From Myxococcota bacterium (GTDB lineage Bacteria > Myxococcota > XYA12-FULL-58-9 > JABJBS01), in assembly GCA_036339465.1 (NCBI GenBank), contig JAYZAY010000056.1, positions 3,119 to 67,118 on the forward strand: 64,000 bases of DNA. Reading direction: 5' to 3'. The notes under the pieces are model-generated. The model did not search any database and was not told the DNA's origin. It saw only the letters and a program-made list of their open reading frames with translations. Positions 30,220 to 40,694 of this stretch are shown piece by piece; within the stretch, counting starts at the first letter, position 1; each line of letters begins with the position of its first letter. Made by a program: the position numbers and the translations under genes.

Positions 30220-31536
30220 TTGAATTCGGCAATAGGACCTGTGGGAAAGAAAGAGATTTTTGGTTGGGCGATGTATGATTTTGCCAATTCCAGTTTTGTG
30301 ACTGTGATTATCACCGCCATTTATTCTGGTTTTTTCACCGAATACATCGTTCCCAAAGATTCTGCATTTAAAAATAGCTATTGGTCCATGGCCATTGTCA
30401 TTGCCACGGTCTTAGCGCTTCTTTTATCGCCTTTGGTTGGCGCGGTTTGCGACGTTACGGGGGCGAAGAAAAAAGCTTTGGGGCTAAGTACCTTGGTCTG
30501 CGTTTTGTCGTCTTTGGGATTGATGTTTGTGGAACCCGGGGACGTGGGCCTCGGTGTTTTGTTTGTCGGGGTTGGGTTTGCGGGTTTTATGCTGGGGGAG
30601 AGTTTCTGCGCCAGTTTTCTAAGCGACTTAGCGACACCCAAGAATATGGGCATGGTTTCCGGTATCGGGTGGGGAATTGGCTATTTTGGTGGTATTGGAA
30701 GCTTGGTGTTGGTGTTGATGATTGTCACAGCCAAGCCCGACGTGGATCTCGCTCTTTTTATTGAACAAAACCAATGGGCTGCCGCATCGGTTGGGATCTT
30801 TTTCTTCGTGGCGGCAATGCCCACATTTTTATGGTTAAAAAATCGCTCCAAGCCATTACCTGGTTATGAGAACATGTCTTTGGTGGCGCAATTTCGATCG
30901 GGTTTTGGGCGCTTGATGGAGACCAAACGGCAAGCCCATAAGCACCAAAAACTCTTCTCTTTTCTAAAGGCCTTCTTATTTTACTACGCAGGGATGTCGG
31001 CATGTATTACCTTTGCGGGTATCTTTGCCCGGGCGGAACTAAAATTTGAAACGACCGAACTCAGTATTATGTTTTTGCTGATTCAGTTCAGCTCGGCTCT
31101 TGGGGCGTTGGGTTTTGGTTATTTGGATACGAAATGGGGCCCCAAAAAGACGGTCTTGATCACCATTGCCATGTGGATTGTGGGTGTCCTAATCCTTTTT
31201 GGCCTAGACAGTATTGCAGGGGTTTTGGGGGTGACACCACAGCAACTTTTTTATGGCGATAGTCTCATAATAGGAACGGGTATGGGGGCCATGCAATCCT
31301 CTAGTCGCGCCATTGTGGGGGTGCTTTCGCCCCGAGAGAGGAGCACGGAACTCTTTGGGTTTTGGGGATTGTTTTCCCGGGCGGCATCGCTTTTGGCCAT
31401 GCTTTTGGGGCCATTGTCTGATTTCGTAGGCTCTATTCAGCGTGCTTCGCTTCTACTGGTTTTTTTCTTTGTGGTGGGTGGTGTGATGCTGTGGCGAATT
31501 GATATCCATGTTGAGGAGGATGGGGCGCCTGCTTAG
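30220..31536 (+). CDS. MFS-type transporter
   Basis: About 12 predicted TM helices in a 6+6 organisation with a central loop; 438 aa. Confidence 0.7.
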   Translation: MNSAIGPVGKKEIFGWAMYDFANSSFVTVIITAIYSGFFTEYIVPKDSAFKNSYWSMAIVIATVLALLLSPLVGAVCDVTGAKKKALGLSTLVCVLSSLGLMFVEPGDVGLGVLFVGVGFAGFMLGESFCASFLSDLATPKNMGMVSGIGWGIGYFGGIGSLVLVLMIVTAKPDVDLALFIEQNQWAAASVGIFFFVAAMPTFLWLKNRSKPLPGYENMSLVAQFRSGFGRLMETKRQAHKHQKLFSFLKAFLFYYAGMSACITFAGIFARAELKFETTELSIMFLLIQFSSALGALGFGYLDTKWGPKKTVLITIAMWIVGVLILFGLDSIAGVLGVTPQQLFYGDSLIIGTGMGAMQSSSRAIVGVLSPRERSTELFGFWGLFSRAASLLAMLLGPLSDFVGSIQRASLLLVFFFVVGGVMLWRIDIHVEEDGAPA

Positions 31537-32480
31537 CTCTCTCGCTTTTGTTGAAGGCTGTCTGTTAAATTGCAGCCCAAGACCTGAAGGGAGCCGAGCA
31601 CATTGGTCAAATCCGTGGGCATGATGACGGTTTTGGCGCTGGGAGCTGCGGCCACATCAGCCAGTGCTTGAATCTGTCTTTTCATCAACTCAAATTGGAT
31701 GGCGGCGTCGCCATTTTCGGTGATGGCTGCGGCCATCAGGCGCGTCTGCTCTGCGTTTGCTTCGGCGGTGATGCGGGTGGCATAGGCGTTTGCATCGGCG
31801 CTGATGCGCATGGCTTCAGCGTCTCGTTTGGACTCGAAGAGTTTGGCTTCGGAGGCCAGTTCGATGGAGCGTTTTTCACCCTCGGCCCGGGCGATGGCGG
31901 CCCGACGTTCCCGTTCGGCATTGAGTTGCTGTCGTTGGGAATCTTTGGTTTGTTCGTCCACAAGGACGTCGGTTATTTCGGTTCGGGTAATCTCAATTCC
32001 CCATGCAGTGGCCGCTTCCTGGAGATTGGTGGCGATTTCCCCGTTCATCGCTTCCCGGCTGGATTGAAGGGCGTCTAGTTCAAATTTCCCCACGGCGGAG
32101 CGCACGATAGAAGTAGCAGCGGTATCGATGGCTGCTTCGATGTTTTGAATCCGGTAGATAGAGGCGCCCGCATCGATGATCTGATAGAAAACCGTGGCGG
32201 CAAGTTTGACTTCGACGTTGTCTCTGGTGATGCCGGGAACCTGAAATTCCGCAAGTTGTTTTTCTCGGACCGATATTTTGTGGGCGACGACATCTAAAAA
32301 CGGGGTGATTAAATTGAGTCCTGATTTCAGGGTTCGTTGATATTTGCTGAATCGCTCAATGACGTATACTTGGGATTCGGGGACGATTTTGACGGCCTTG
32401 TAGATGAGTATTAAAACCAAAATGCCGCCACAAAGGCCGAAGATGAGTCCCGGGGTAAGAAAGGTCATAAAGGTCTCCAT
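31533..32480 (-). CDS. SPFH/band-7 (stomatin/HflK-like) membrane protein
   Basis: N-terminal TM helix, then VIERFSKYQRTLKSGLNLITPF...TRDNVEVKLAATVFYQIID...WGIEITRTEITDV, the hallmark SPFH core; coiled-coil C-terminus. Confidence 0.85.
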   Translation of the reverse strand: METFMTFLTPGLIFGLCGGILVLILIYKAVKIVPESQVYVIERFSKYQRTLKSGLNLITPFLDVVAHKISVREKQLAEFQVPGITRDNVEVKLAATVFYQIIDAGASIYRIQNIEAAIDTAATSIVRSAVGKFELDALQSSREAMNGEIATNLQEAATAWGIEITRTEITDVLVDEQTKDSQRQQLNAERERRAAIARAEGEKRSIELASEAKLFESKRDAEAMRISADANAYATRITAEANAEQTRLMAAAITENGDAAIQFELMKRQIQALADVAAAPSAKTVIMPTDLTNVLGSLQVLGCNLTDSLQQKRES

Positions 32481-32589
32481 TTTTCTTTTTTTGAGGAATC
32501 AATGGAGGGGAATTTACTGTTTTCAACGGTCGATGGCCAGAAATCGACCCATTTCTTTGATTTACAAAAAAGGGGGAGCGGTGCAGAAA

Positions 32590-33054
32590 ATGGCGATCTT
32601 TGTCGATGTGCAAAACATCTATTACACCACGCGCGATGTTTATGGACGGCAATTCAATTACAGGAAATTGTGGGAACGTGTTTCGGCTGAAGGCGAGATT
32701 GTTTCGGCCACAGCCTATGCGATCGACTCTGGTGATGACAAACAGCGAAAATTCCAGAAAGCCCTCCAGCACATTGGATTTAGGATTAAATTGAAACCGT
32801 TTATTCAGCGGCGTGACGGTTCGGCCAAGGGCGATTGGGACGTGGGTATCACCATTGATGTCTTGGAGGCGGTGGCAAGTGTCGATAAGGTGATTCTCCT
32901 TTCCGGGGATGGAGATTTCGATCTCTTGCTCGAAAAGGTACGGGGTCAGGGTGGGATTTTGGCCGATGTGTATGGCGTTCCAGGCTTAACGGCAAACTCC
33001 CTGATCGCAGCGGCGAGTTCCTTTTATCCCATTGACCAAGATTTGTTGCTTTGA
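32590..33054 (+). CDS. NYN/LabA-like domain protein
   Basis: MAIFVDVQNIYY...ILLSGDGDFDLLLEKVRGQG matches the NYN (PF01936-type) pattern. The start was moved to the ATG at 32590 to avoid overlapping the SPFH gene. Confidence 0.7.
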   Translation: MAIFVDVQNIYYTTRDVYGRQFNYRKLWERVSAEGEIVSATAYAIDSGDDKQRKFQKALQHIGFRIKLKPFIQRRDGSAKGDWDVGITIDVLEAVASVDKVILLSGDGDFDLLLEKVRGQGGILADVYGVPGLTANSLIAAASSFYPIDQDLLL

Positions 33055-33317
33055 GTGGTGATTGAATATTCGGTTTTTTTCTTTTCTTTGGCGAGAGAAA
33101 TGCCCCGAAAACACTGAAAAAAAGACCATCTTGGGCGGCAGATCATGGGGAATCCGTGCTTATGGCTGCTATTGGCTGGACAGACCACGGTGATGTGCTA
33201 AAGCTTCGCTTCGTCGAGGGGAGTGCCTTTTGCTAAATTGTTGCTCTTTTCTCGATGTTGCGCGAATGTTGCGCGAATTAAATGGCTGGAAGTGATCTGG
33301 CGCATTAGGAGAGATAA

Positions 33318-33644
<327 letters not shown>

Positions 33645-33669
33645 GCTTTGCGTCGTGCGTTAAGTCACG

Positions 33670-34656
33670 GTGACTCAATTTATGGAGGTTTCCGAGGAAG
33701 AGAAACTTACCCTTAGGGCAGTTCTTCGCGAGTTTGGGTTGTCGAACACCCAGCTTAAGCGGGCCGTCTCCTGTGGTAAAGTTCTAATTCGCGGCGTGCC
33801 TACCGCAGACACCGGACGAATGGTTAGAAGACCCGAGGTAAGTTATGTGCCAGATGCACGGAGGCTTACACCGGGTCGTGACCTATGTATTCTCTACAAA
33901 GATCCTGATCTCGTGGTTGTTTGGAAGCCCAGTGGTTGGTTGAGTGTTAGAGCACCAGGCCGATCTCGGGATTCCGATGTGGTTTCCTATGTGGGAAAAC
34001 TTTATGGTGGATCCTTTGTGGTGCATCGTCTCGATGAAGGCACTTCGGGAGCCATGATGGTGGCCCTCAACGAAGCCACCCAATTTAAAATCAAAGCCCT
34101 CCTAGAAAAACACGATATCGAACGGCGTTACCTAGCCCTGGTACGAGGACGTCCCGAAAAGGACCGATGGACCATGGAGACCCATTTCGTGAGAAATCGG
34201 GGCGATGGCTTGCGGGGTTCTGGCGAAGCTGGCCCCGAGGCGAAACATGCGGTGACCCATTTCGAAGTGGTTCAGCGATTGGAGACGGGGGTGGCCTTGG
34301 TGCGGGCTACCCTTGAGTCGGGACGGACCCATCAAGTGCGGATTCACTTGGCCGAATCCGGGCATCCAGTATTAGGAGATAAGCTTTACGCCGATTCCGG
34401 CTCGGCCCGTCGTTTTCCCCGGGTGGCCCTGCATGCGGCGGTCTTGGGATTTAAGCATCCGTCTACGGGCGAATCAAAATACTTCGATATTCCGCTGGCC
34501 GATGACCTGGAGCAGTTTCGTCGTGGCGCGGCCACCAAGAAGCCCCTGGAGCCTGGTTCGAGGCGGGAGGAGAAGCGTAAATCGAAACGGCTTTCTCCGG
34601 TGGCCAAGAGAGGGGCCAAGGTGAAGGCGAAAAAGGTCAGGAAAAAGGGAAGATAA
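33670..34656 (+). CDS. RluA-family pseudouridine synthase with Lys/Arg-rich C-terminal tail
   Basis: S4-like N-terminus; catalytic motif VVHRLDEGTSGAMMVA; about 50 aa basic tail (KRKSKRLSPVAKRGAKVKAKKVRKKGR). Confidence 0.8.
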   Translation: MTQFMEVSEEEKLTLRAVLREFGLSNTQLKRAVSCGKVLIRGVPTADTGRMVRRPEVSYVPDARRLTPGRDLCILYKDPDLVVVWKPSGWLSVRAPGRSRDSDVVSYVGKLYGGSFVVHRLDEGTSGAMMVALNEATQFKIKALLEKHDIERRYLALVRGRPEKDRWTMETHFVRNRGDGLRGSGEAGPEAKHAVTHFEVVQRLETGVALVRATLESGRTHQVRIHLAESGHPVLGDKLYADSGSARRFPRVALHAAVLGFKHPSTGESKYFDIPLADDLEQFRRGAATKKPLEPGSRREEKRKSKRLSPVAKRGAKVKAKKVRKKGR

Positions 34657-34924
34657 ATGATTTTTTTCCCGTGTTGACCGCTTCTTGACTTGGTTGATTT
34701 TGGGAACGGGTGTTCGTTTATGGACACGAGGTAAGCCTCACGATGCCCACAACCCTCCTTCTTGAGGCAGAAATCATGCTCTCGGTTGTTCCACGCTCAG
34801 AGAAGGTCGTCGCCTGTCCAATGGCCACTGGTTTTTGATGAAGGTAACGCAGAAAAAGGACTGTGACCCTTGCCGGAATGGAATTGCTTGCTTAAAAAAC
34901 GGGCAACCATAGGGGAGCCTCATC

Positions 34925-37099
34925 ATGTCTGTTATCGATGTACCTTCGCTTTCGCCCGTTCGTGATCAAGTCGGCCGCACTGTCACGATCCTGGTGCTTT
35001 TGGTCGTGGCGCTGAGCAACAGCAGTTGCGCGAAGGAGGTGCCACACTTGACCGCCAAAGAAACCGCCCGGCAGGCCTACTGCGGTGCCAATTACGCCGA
35101 CATCGAGCAGCACATCGACGAAACCCTCGCCAAAATGACCCTCGAGGACAAAGCCCAATTGATGCACGGAAACCTTCTGATCCCCGATCCGGAAACCGGC
35201 ACTTGGAACACCGCCGGTTTCGAAGAGTTGGGGATCCCTGGTTTCCACATGCTGGACGGCCCGAGGGGGCTCAGCCGCTTCTCCGGACAAAAGGGTGCAG
35301 CCTTTCCCGTGGCCATGGCCCGTGGCGCCACTTGGTCGGAGTCCCTGGAACGGCGGGTGGGCGAGGTTATTGGCGCCGAACTGCGGCTTGCCGGCGCCGA
35401 TGTCTTGTTGGCCCCCACAGTGAACGTGCTCCGCCATCCCCGGTGGGGACGGGCCCAGGAAACCTACGGCGAGGACCCTTTTCATATCGGTGCCCTGGGC
35501 ACGGCTTTCGTGCTCGGCGCTCAAAAATACGTCATGGCCGTCGCCAAGCATTTCGCCCTCAACTCCATCGAAAACACCCGCCTCGAAGTGAACGTCAACG
35601 TCGACGAGCGGACCCTCCGGGAAATCTATTTGCCCCATTTTGAGAGGATCGTGCACGAGGGGCAGGTGGCGGGCATTATGACCAGCTACAACCGCATCAA
35701 TGGCCAATGGGGCTCCGAGCAGAGTCACCTTATCGCGGATATTCTTCGGGGGGAGTGGCTCTTCCAAGGCTTTACAGTTTCCGATTGGCTTTGGGGCACC
35801 CACGAGACAGTTCCCGCTTTGGAAGCTGGTCTCGATGTTGAAATGCAAATTCCCCAAATCTACGGCGAGGCGGTGGTGGAGGCGGTGAATCAGAAAGTTG
35901 TGGCTGAGGCCTTGGTGGACCGAGCTGTTCGCAATATCTTGCGGGCCCAGTGGTGCTTCGCCCAAAAGACCGTGGCTCCTACCATCACCGAATTGGAGGG
36001 GGACGAGGCCCTCGAATTGGTCAAAGAAGTGGCCGTGCGGTCCATGGTTCTTCTGGAAAATCGCAACAATACGCTACCCATTGATCGGCGAGTACTGCCC
36101 ACCATCGTCGTGGTGGGGTCTTTGGCTGATGAAGCCAACACCGGCGATCGTGGCAGTAGCCACGTGGAATCGAGTTCGGTGACCACCATGCTGGCGGGAC
36201 TTATGGCCGAGGGTCAAGGTGCTACTGTGAAGCATGTCGTTGGTGACCTTACGGCCCCCACCGATCAAGAGGCGGTGAAAATTGCCGACGTGGTGGTGGC
36301 GGTGGTGGGTTATTCCGCCGATGAGGAGGGTGAGGGGCAAATCGCGGCGGGTGACCGGGGGGCTATGACTCTACCGGCCGATGATTTGGCGGTGATCAAG
36401 TTGGTCACCGAGCTGAATGACCGGGTGGTGGTGGTGGTGGTGGGCGGCTCTTCCATTGACATTGGCAGTTGGCGTGAGAGTGCCGAGGCCATTGTAATGG
36501 CTTGGTATTCGGGGGCCAAGGGGGGGGATGCCCTCGCAGATTTACTTTACGGCAATGCCAACTTCAGTGGGCGACTGCCCATTACCTTTGCCGCCTCCCA
36601 ACAACATCTCCCCACCTTCGACAACGTCTCTTTGGATGTGACTTACGATTATTTTCACGGCTACCGGCGCCTGCAGCGGGATGGCCATAAAGCCCTCTAT
36701 CCCTTCGGTTTCGGGCGAAGTTATACGGATTTTAAAATGGATAATTTCAAGGTTTCGCAAACGGGGAATGCCGTGGTGGTCGAACTTAGCGTGAGCAACA
36801 CCGGTGCCATGGCGGGACTTCAAACCGTGCAGCTCTACGTGGGCGGGCCTGGCGCCGCCGAAGGGCGGGCGCCGCGGGATTTGAAGGCCTTTGCACAGAT
36901 AGATCTGGAACCGGGTGCCACGGAGGCCGTACGCCTCGAAGTGCCGATGGAGCGACTACGGGTGTGGGATGATAAGCGTGCCGCTTGGATACTGATTTCA
37001 GGGGACTACCGCTTTGAGGTGGGCACCGACGTGGAGACGCTGACCCTCAACGAAACCATTACTTTGAACAATTCATCCTATTCTTCACCAGGGAAATAA
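34925..37099 (+). CDS. Glycoside hydrolase family 3 beta-glucosidase (BglX-like) lipoprotein
   Basis: GH3 N-domain with the catalytic-nucleophile motif GFTVSDW, a C-terminal GH3 domain and a fibronectin-III-like tail; signal/lipobox LSNSSC. Confidence 0.85.
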   Translation: MSVIDVPSLSPVRDQVGRTVTILVLLVVALSNSSCAKEVPHLTAKETARQAYCGANYADIEQHIDETLAKMTLEDKAQLMHGNLLIPDPETGTWNTAGFEELGIPGFHMLDGPRGLSRFSGQKGAAFPVAMARGATWSESLERRVGEVIGAELRLAGADVLLAPTVNVLRHPRWGRAQETYGEDPFHIGALGTAFVLGAQKYVMAVAKHFALNSIENTRLEVNVNVDERTLREIYLPHFERIVHEGQVAGIMTSYNRINGQWGSEQSHLIADILRGEWLFQGFTVSDWLWGTHETVPALEAGLDVEMQIPQIYGEAVVEAVNQKVVAEALVDRAVRNILRAQWCFAQKTVAPTITELEGDEALELVKEVAVRSMVLLENRNNTLPIDRRVLPTIVVVGSLADEANTGDRGSSHVESSSVTTMLAGLMAEGQGATVKHVVGDLTAPTDQEAVKIADVVVAVVGYSADEEGEGQIAAGDRGAMTLPADDLAVIKLVTELNDRVVVVVVGGSSIDIGSWRESAEAIVMAWYSGAKGGDALADLLYGNANFSGRLPITFAASQQHLPTFDNVSLDVTYDYFHGYRRLQRDGHKALYPFGFGRSYTDFKMDNFKVSQTGNAVVVELSVSNTGAMAGLQTVQLYVGGPGAAEGRAPRDLKAFAQIDLEPGATEAVRLEVPMERLRVWDDKRAAWILISGDYRFEVGTDVETLTLNETITLNNSSYSSPGK

Positions 37100-37347
37100 A
37101 TTGTGCCGGTGATGTTTTTGGCCGTTTCACTTTCTTTATTGGTTTTCCCCTTATGAATCAGTTGCCGGGTCTGCGACATAGAGTATGAGTCGCGCTATCG
37201 CACGGGAATACAGGAATAAAGAGTGCAGTATATGCATAGATTTAGTGGATATGTTCCTGGGGATTTAGGAGACTCGGTTTAGGTTATATTTGTTCAGGGC
37301 AAGGCCGAAACCTCGGAGAGACCGCCCCTGAAATTAAAAGTCTGAAA

Positions 37348-38991
37348 TTAAAAGTCTGGGGTACGTTTGGCGATGGGCATGCGCCACCCCATACCGAAGG
37401 CTCGGTCGGTGATTTTGAGGCCGGGGGCGGCCTGGCGTCGTTTGAATTCCGCAATATTCACCAGTCTGGCCACCCGCTTCACTGTGGCTTCATCGAAACC
37501 CCGGGCCACCACTTGGGCGACGGTTTCGTGTTCCTCCACGTAGTGCATCAGGAGGGTATCTAGGGTGTCGTAATCGGGAAGGCTATCGGTGTCTTTTTGG
37601 TCCGGCCGAAGTTCTGCGGAGGGTGGCTTATCCAGGGTGTTTTGCGGGATCTTCTCGCCGTCGCGATTGGCATAATGGGATAAATCGTAGACCAGGGTTT
37701 TTGGGGCGTCGGAAATGACCGCCAATCCGCCGGACATATCGCCATAGATGGTGCAGTACCCCACCGAGAGTTCCGACTTGTTACCGGTGGTGAGCAGTAC
37801 GGCCCGGTATTTATTGGACATGGCCATGAGCAGATTACCGCGAATTCGCGACTGGATATTTTCTTCGGTGGTGTCGGTATCCATGCCCGCAAAGGGGGTA
37901 GCCAAGGCCTTTTCAAAACTGCTCATGAGGTCGCCGATGGGCAGGGTGAAGGCGCGAATGCCTAGGTTTTTTACCAGGGCTTGGGCATCGGTGATGCTGC
38001 CTTCGGAGGAGTAGGGAGAGGGCATGAGTACCCCGATGACATTTTCTGGGCCTGCGGCTTCGGCGGCGATGGCGGCGGTGAGGGCTGAGTCGATACCTCC
38101 GGAGAGTCCCAAGAGGCATTGTTTAAACCCGGTCTTATGCATGTAATCGCGAACCCCGAGGACCAGGGCATCCCAGGCTTCCGCTACCTTATGGGTTTCG
38201 GTGGGTTGGACTTTTGGGGATGTGGCGTCCCAGTCTAGGATTAGGATGTCCTCAGAAAAGGCTTGGGCTTGTTGTAGGGATTGTCCCTGGGCACCGAAAA
38301 AGCAGCTTCGGCCATCGAAGATCAACTCATCGTTGCCGCCAATTTGGTTGCAATAGGCTACGGGAATACCGTGCTTGGTGGCGATATTCTGTAGGAGCTC
38401 TTTTCGGAGAATGTGTTTTTCGAGACTGAAGGGCGAGGCCGAGATATTGATGAGTCCATGGATTTGAAGCGTACCTAAATTCGCGAGGGGGTCTAGGGTA
38501 TATTTTTCTGAAATCGAAAATTCCGGTTGATTCCAGATGTCTTCGCAGATGGTCACAGCGATCCGTTTGCCATGGATTTCGAGAATGGTTTGGCCTTCGG
38601 CGCAGCGAAAATAGCGGGCTTCGTCGAAGACATCGTAGGTGGGGAGAAGGGTCTTGCGAAAACTTTCTTTGATTTCTCCATTCTCTAAAAGAAGTGCTGT
38701 GTTGTAGAGGCCTTTACCTTGATCATCGTCAATGCTCTCCACGGTTCCGAGAAGGGTTTGGGCTTGGTCTTTGAGGGCTGTGGCGATGGTGGAGTTTAAT
38801 TCGAGACAATGCTCGATAAATCCCTTGTTTAAAAGAAGATCTCTTGGTGGATACCCCCAGACGGCGAGTTCGCTGGTGACGCACAAGTCTGCGCCTTGGG
38901 CGGTTGCGTCTTTGACGGCGTCGATGATTTTTTGGGCATTTCCGTCCAAATCGCCGACGGTGAAATTGAGTTGTAGTAGTGCGACTTTCAT
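37348..38991 (-). CDS. nadE: Glutamine-dependent NAD+ synthetase
   Basis: N-terminal nitrilase/CN-hydrolase domain (ICEDIW); C-terminal NAD synthase with LGLSGGIDSAL PP-loop. Confidence 0.9.
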   Translation of the reverse strand: MKVALLQLNFTVGDLDGNAQKIIDAVKDATAQGADLCVTSELAVWGYPPRDLLLNKGFIEHCLELNSTIATALKDQAQTLLGTVESIDDDQGKGLYNTALLLENGEIKESFRKTLLPTYDVFDEARYFRCAEGQTILEIHGKRIAVTICEDIWNQPEFSISEKYTLDPLANLGTLQIHGLINISASPFSLEKHILRKELLQNIATKHGIPVAYCNQIGGNDELIFDGRSCFFGAQGQSLQQAQAFSEDILILDWDATSPKVQPTETHKVAEAWDALVLGVRDYMHKTGFKQCLLGLSGGIDSALTAAIAAEAAGPENVIGVLMPSPYSSEGSITDAQALVKNLGIRAFTLPIGDLMSSFEKALATPFAGMDTDTTEENIQSRIRGNLLMAMSNKYRAVLLTTGNKSELSVGYCTIYGDMSGGLAVISDAPKTLVYDLSHYANRDGEKIPQNTLDKPPSAELRPDQKDTDSLPDYDTLDTLLMHYVEEHETVAQVVARGFDEATVKRVARLVNIAEFKRRQAAPGLKITDRAFGMGWRMPIAKRTPDF

Positions 38992-39305
38992 CCCGGGCTC
39001 ACTAGATTAATCGTTTGGAACACCTTGGAGCTATAGGGCGCTCCATGGGGGTTTTCAAACGAATTTTGTAGAAAGTTTCGGAAATATCTCCCTAACACCA
39101 AGTTGGGGCTAAGGTTTTTATTCTACGTCGAGGCCGTCCGTTGGTGGCTGGATTGTTGAGGTGGAGGTCTTGGGGTGAACGTTTTTGTTAAGTCCGTTGC
39201 CAACTTAGATGCTCTTAAGTAATTAAAAATTCAGGATAAATCTATGAGGATTTTTCTCCCGGGTTTTTAGTTCCACCTTCATTCGGGGTGCTTTGAGGCT
39301 CTTAG

Positions 39306-40256
39306 GTGCATAGGTGCTATGGGCATGAGGTTTATACCATTCCCAAGGGCGCAGATCTGAAGCAACAGTGTGGGCATTTTACCAAGGCCATTCAGAACTT
39401 TCGCCCGGATTTTGTACTCTCCATTAATCTCATTGGCTTCGATACCGGAGGGGTTATCTCAGATCTCTTGGAGCGTTTAGAGTTGCCTTGGGCGGTTTGG
39501 TGGGTGGACAGTTCGTTGGCGGTTTTGGTGCAGAGTCAAAGACCACTCACACCCAGCACCCAGCAATTTTCATGGGACGGGGAAATCCTATTGATGCTTC
39601 GTCGCATGGGGTCTGGTGATTCTGAATTTCTATCCCTAGCCACCAGTCCTAAGCTCATGACGAGATGCAAGTTTTGCGACGATGCTCGGGTGGGGTTTGT
39701 GGGCGCCTCCATGGGTTCTGAAGCGGTTCTGAGTCTCAGTAATTTGCCCCTTCAGCTGAGATCTACGGTTCGCGCCGTGGCCTATGAGTTGCGTCATATC
39801 AAGATGAATCCCACACCCATCACGAGACCTATGCTTTGGCAAGAGATTTACCTAGATTGTCCTGTGGCGGTTTTGGCGTGTTCCTATCGCCGTGGCCTGG
39901 TGGCGGGGAGTTCTTGCCATATCGATGTTTTTGGAGAGAAGTATTGGTCTGTCTACCTCAAACCGGGACAGTATGATGGTAAGGTCCTGTATGGTACAGC
40001 ACTGGCTGGTGTCTATGGTCGATACGGAATCAACCTAAACAATACCGGTGCCCAGATGCTCACGGGCGTCAATCAACGGGTCTTCGACGTGCCCGCTTGT
40101 GGACAATTTATCTTGACGGAGCACCAATCGGATTTAGATGGGGTTTTTGAGATAGGTGAAGAAGTGGTGGACTTCACTTCTACTACTCAAGAGGATGAGC
40201 TCATCGAATATTATCTGAAGCGACTTAGGGTTGGTTCGGTAGAGGATTGCCCGTAA
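39306..40256 (+). CDS. CgeB-like glycosyltransferase-family protein, apparently frameshifted near 40240 (C-terminal motif continues in another frame to about 40330)
   Basis: The C-terminal region (INLNNTGAQMLTGVNQRVFDVPACGQFILTEHQSDLDGVFEIGEEVVDF...ELIEYYL) resembles the CgeB/DUF3880 family. The expected terminal RVLAEHTYAHHLQKLAQIV lies in the +1 frame after an in-frame stop. Confidence 0.45.
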   Translation: MHRCYGHEVYTIPKGADLKQQCGHFTKAIQNFRPDFVLSINLIGFDTGGVISDLLERLELPWAVWWVDSSLAVLVQSQRPLTPSTQQFSWDGEILLMLRRMGSGDSEFLSLATSPKLMTRCKFCDDARVGFVGASMGSEAVLSLSNLPLQLRSTVRAVAYELRHIKMNPTPITRPMLWQEIYLDCPVAVLACSYRRGLVAGSSCHIDVFGEKYWSVYLKPGQYDGKVLYGTALAGVYGRYGINLNNTGAQMLTGVNQRVFDVPACGQFILTEHQSDLDGVFEIGEEVVDFTSTTQEDELIEYYLKRLRVGSVEDCP

Positions 40257-40694
40257 GGGCCATGAAAGGGTGTTGGCCGAGCATACCTACGCTCATCATC
40301 TCCAGAAATTGGCGCAGATAGTGGAACGAAAATTAAGCCATAAGAGTCGGTCCTTGCCGGGTTCAGGAAAAGGCGGCCCCATAGGTCTGGGGGGGTATTG
40401 CCTAGCTCCCGTGGTTGGTCTGTTGCACCTCTCCCTGATAGGAGTGAGCGCGGTCGACGATGGGTCGGGCCAAAGCCATTGCTTGCTGATTGAAAATACG
40501 AGACTTCCTTACACATCTTTCTTTTCGTTTGCGATTCCGGGTGCCCTCGCCGCGACCCATTCATCGGTGGATGCGAACGCTTTTTTCACGGGGATGGCCC
40601 TTTTGCCGTGGCCCAAAATTATTTGCGGACCCATACTCGACGGAGTGACCTTCATGGGTTTGGGCGTAAAACGGTGGTGAGCCTATTGGCCAGT

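Noticed and set aside
35026-35643. 205-aa ORF in alternative frame with Arg/Pro-rich sequence; similar long antisense or alternative-frame ORFs at 31668-32078, 58592-59026, 63101-63517 and 62635-62904
   Set aside because: All are nested within well-supported genes (GH3, SPFH, OmpA-TSP3 and the TSP3 giant). They are typical GC-rich shadow ORFs with low-complexity translations.
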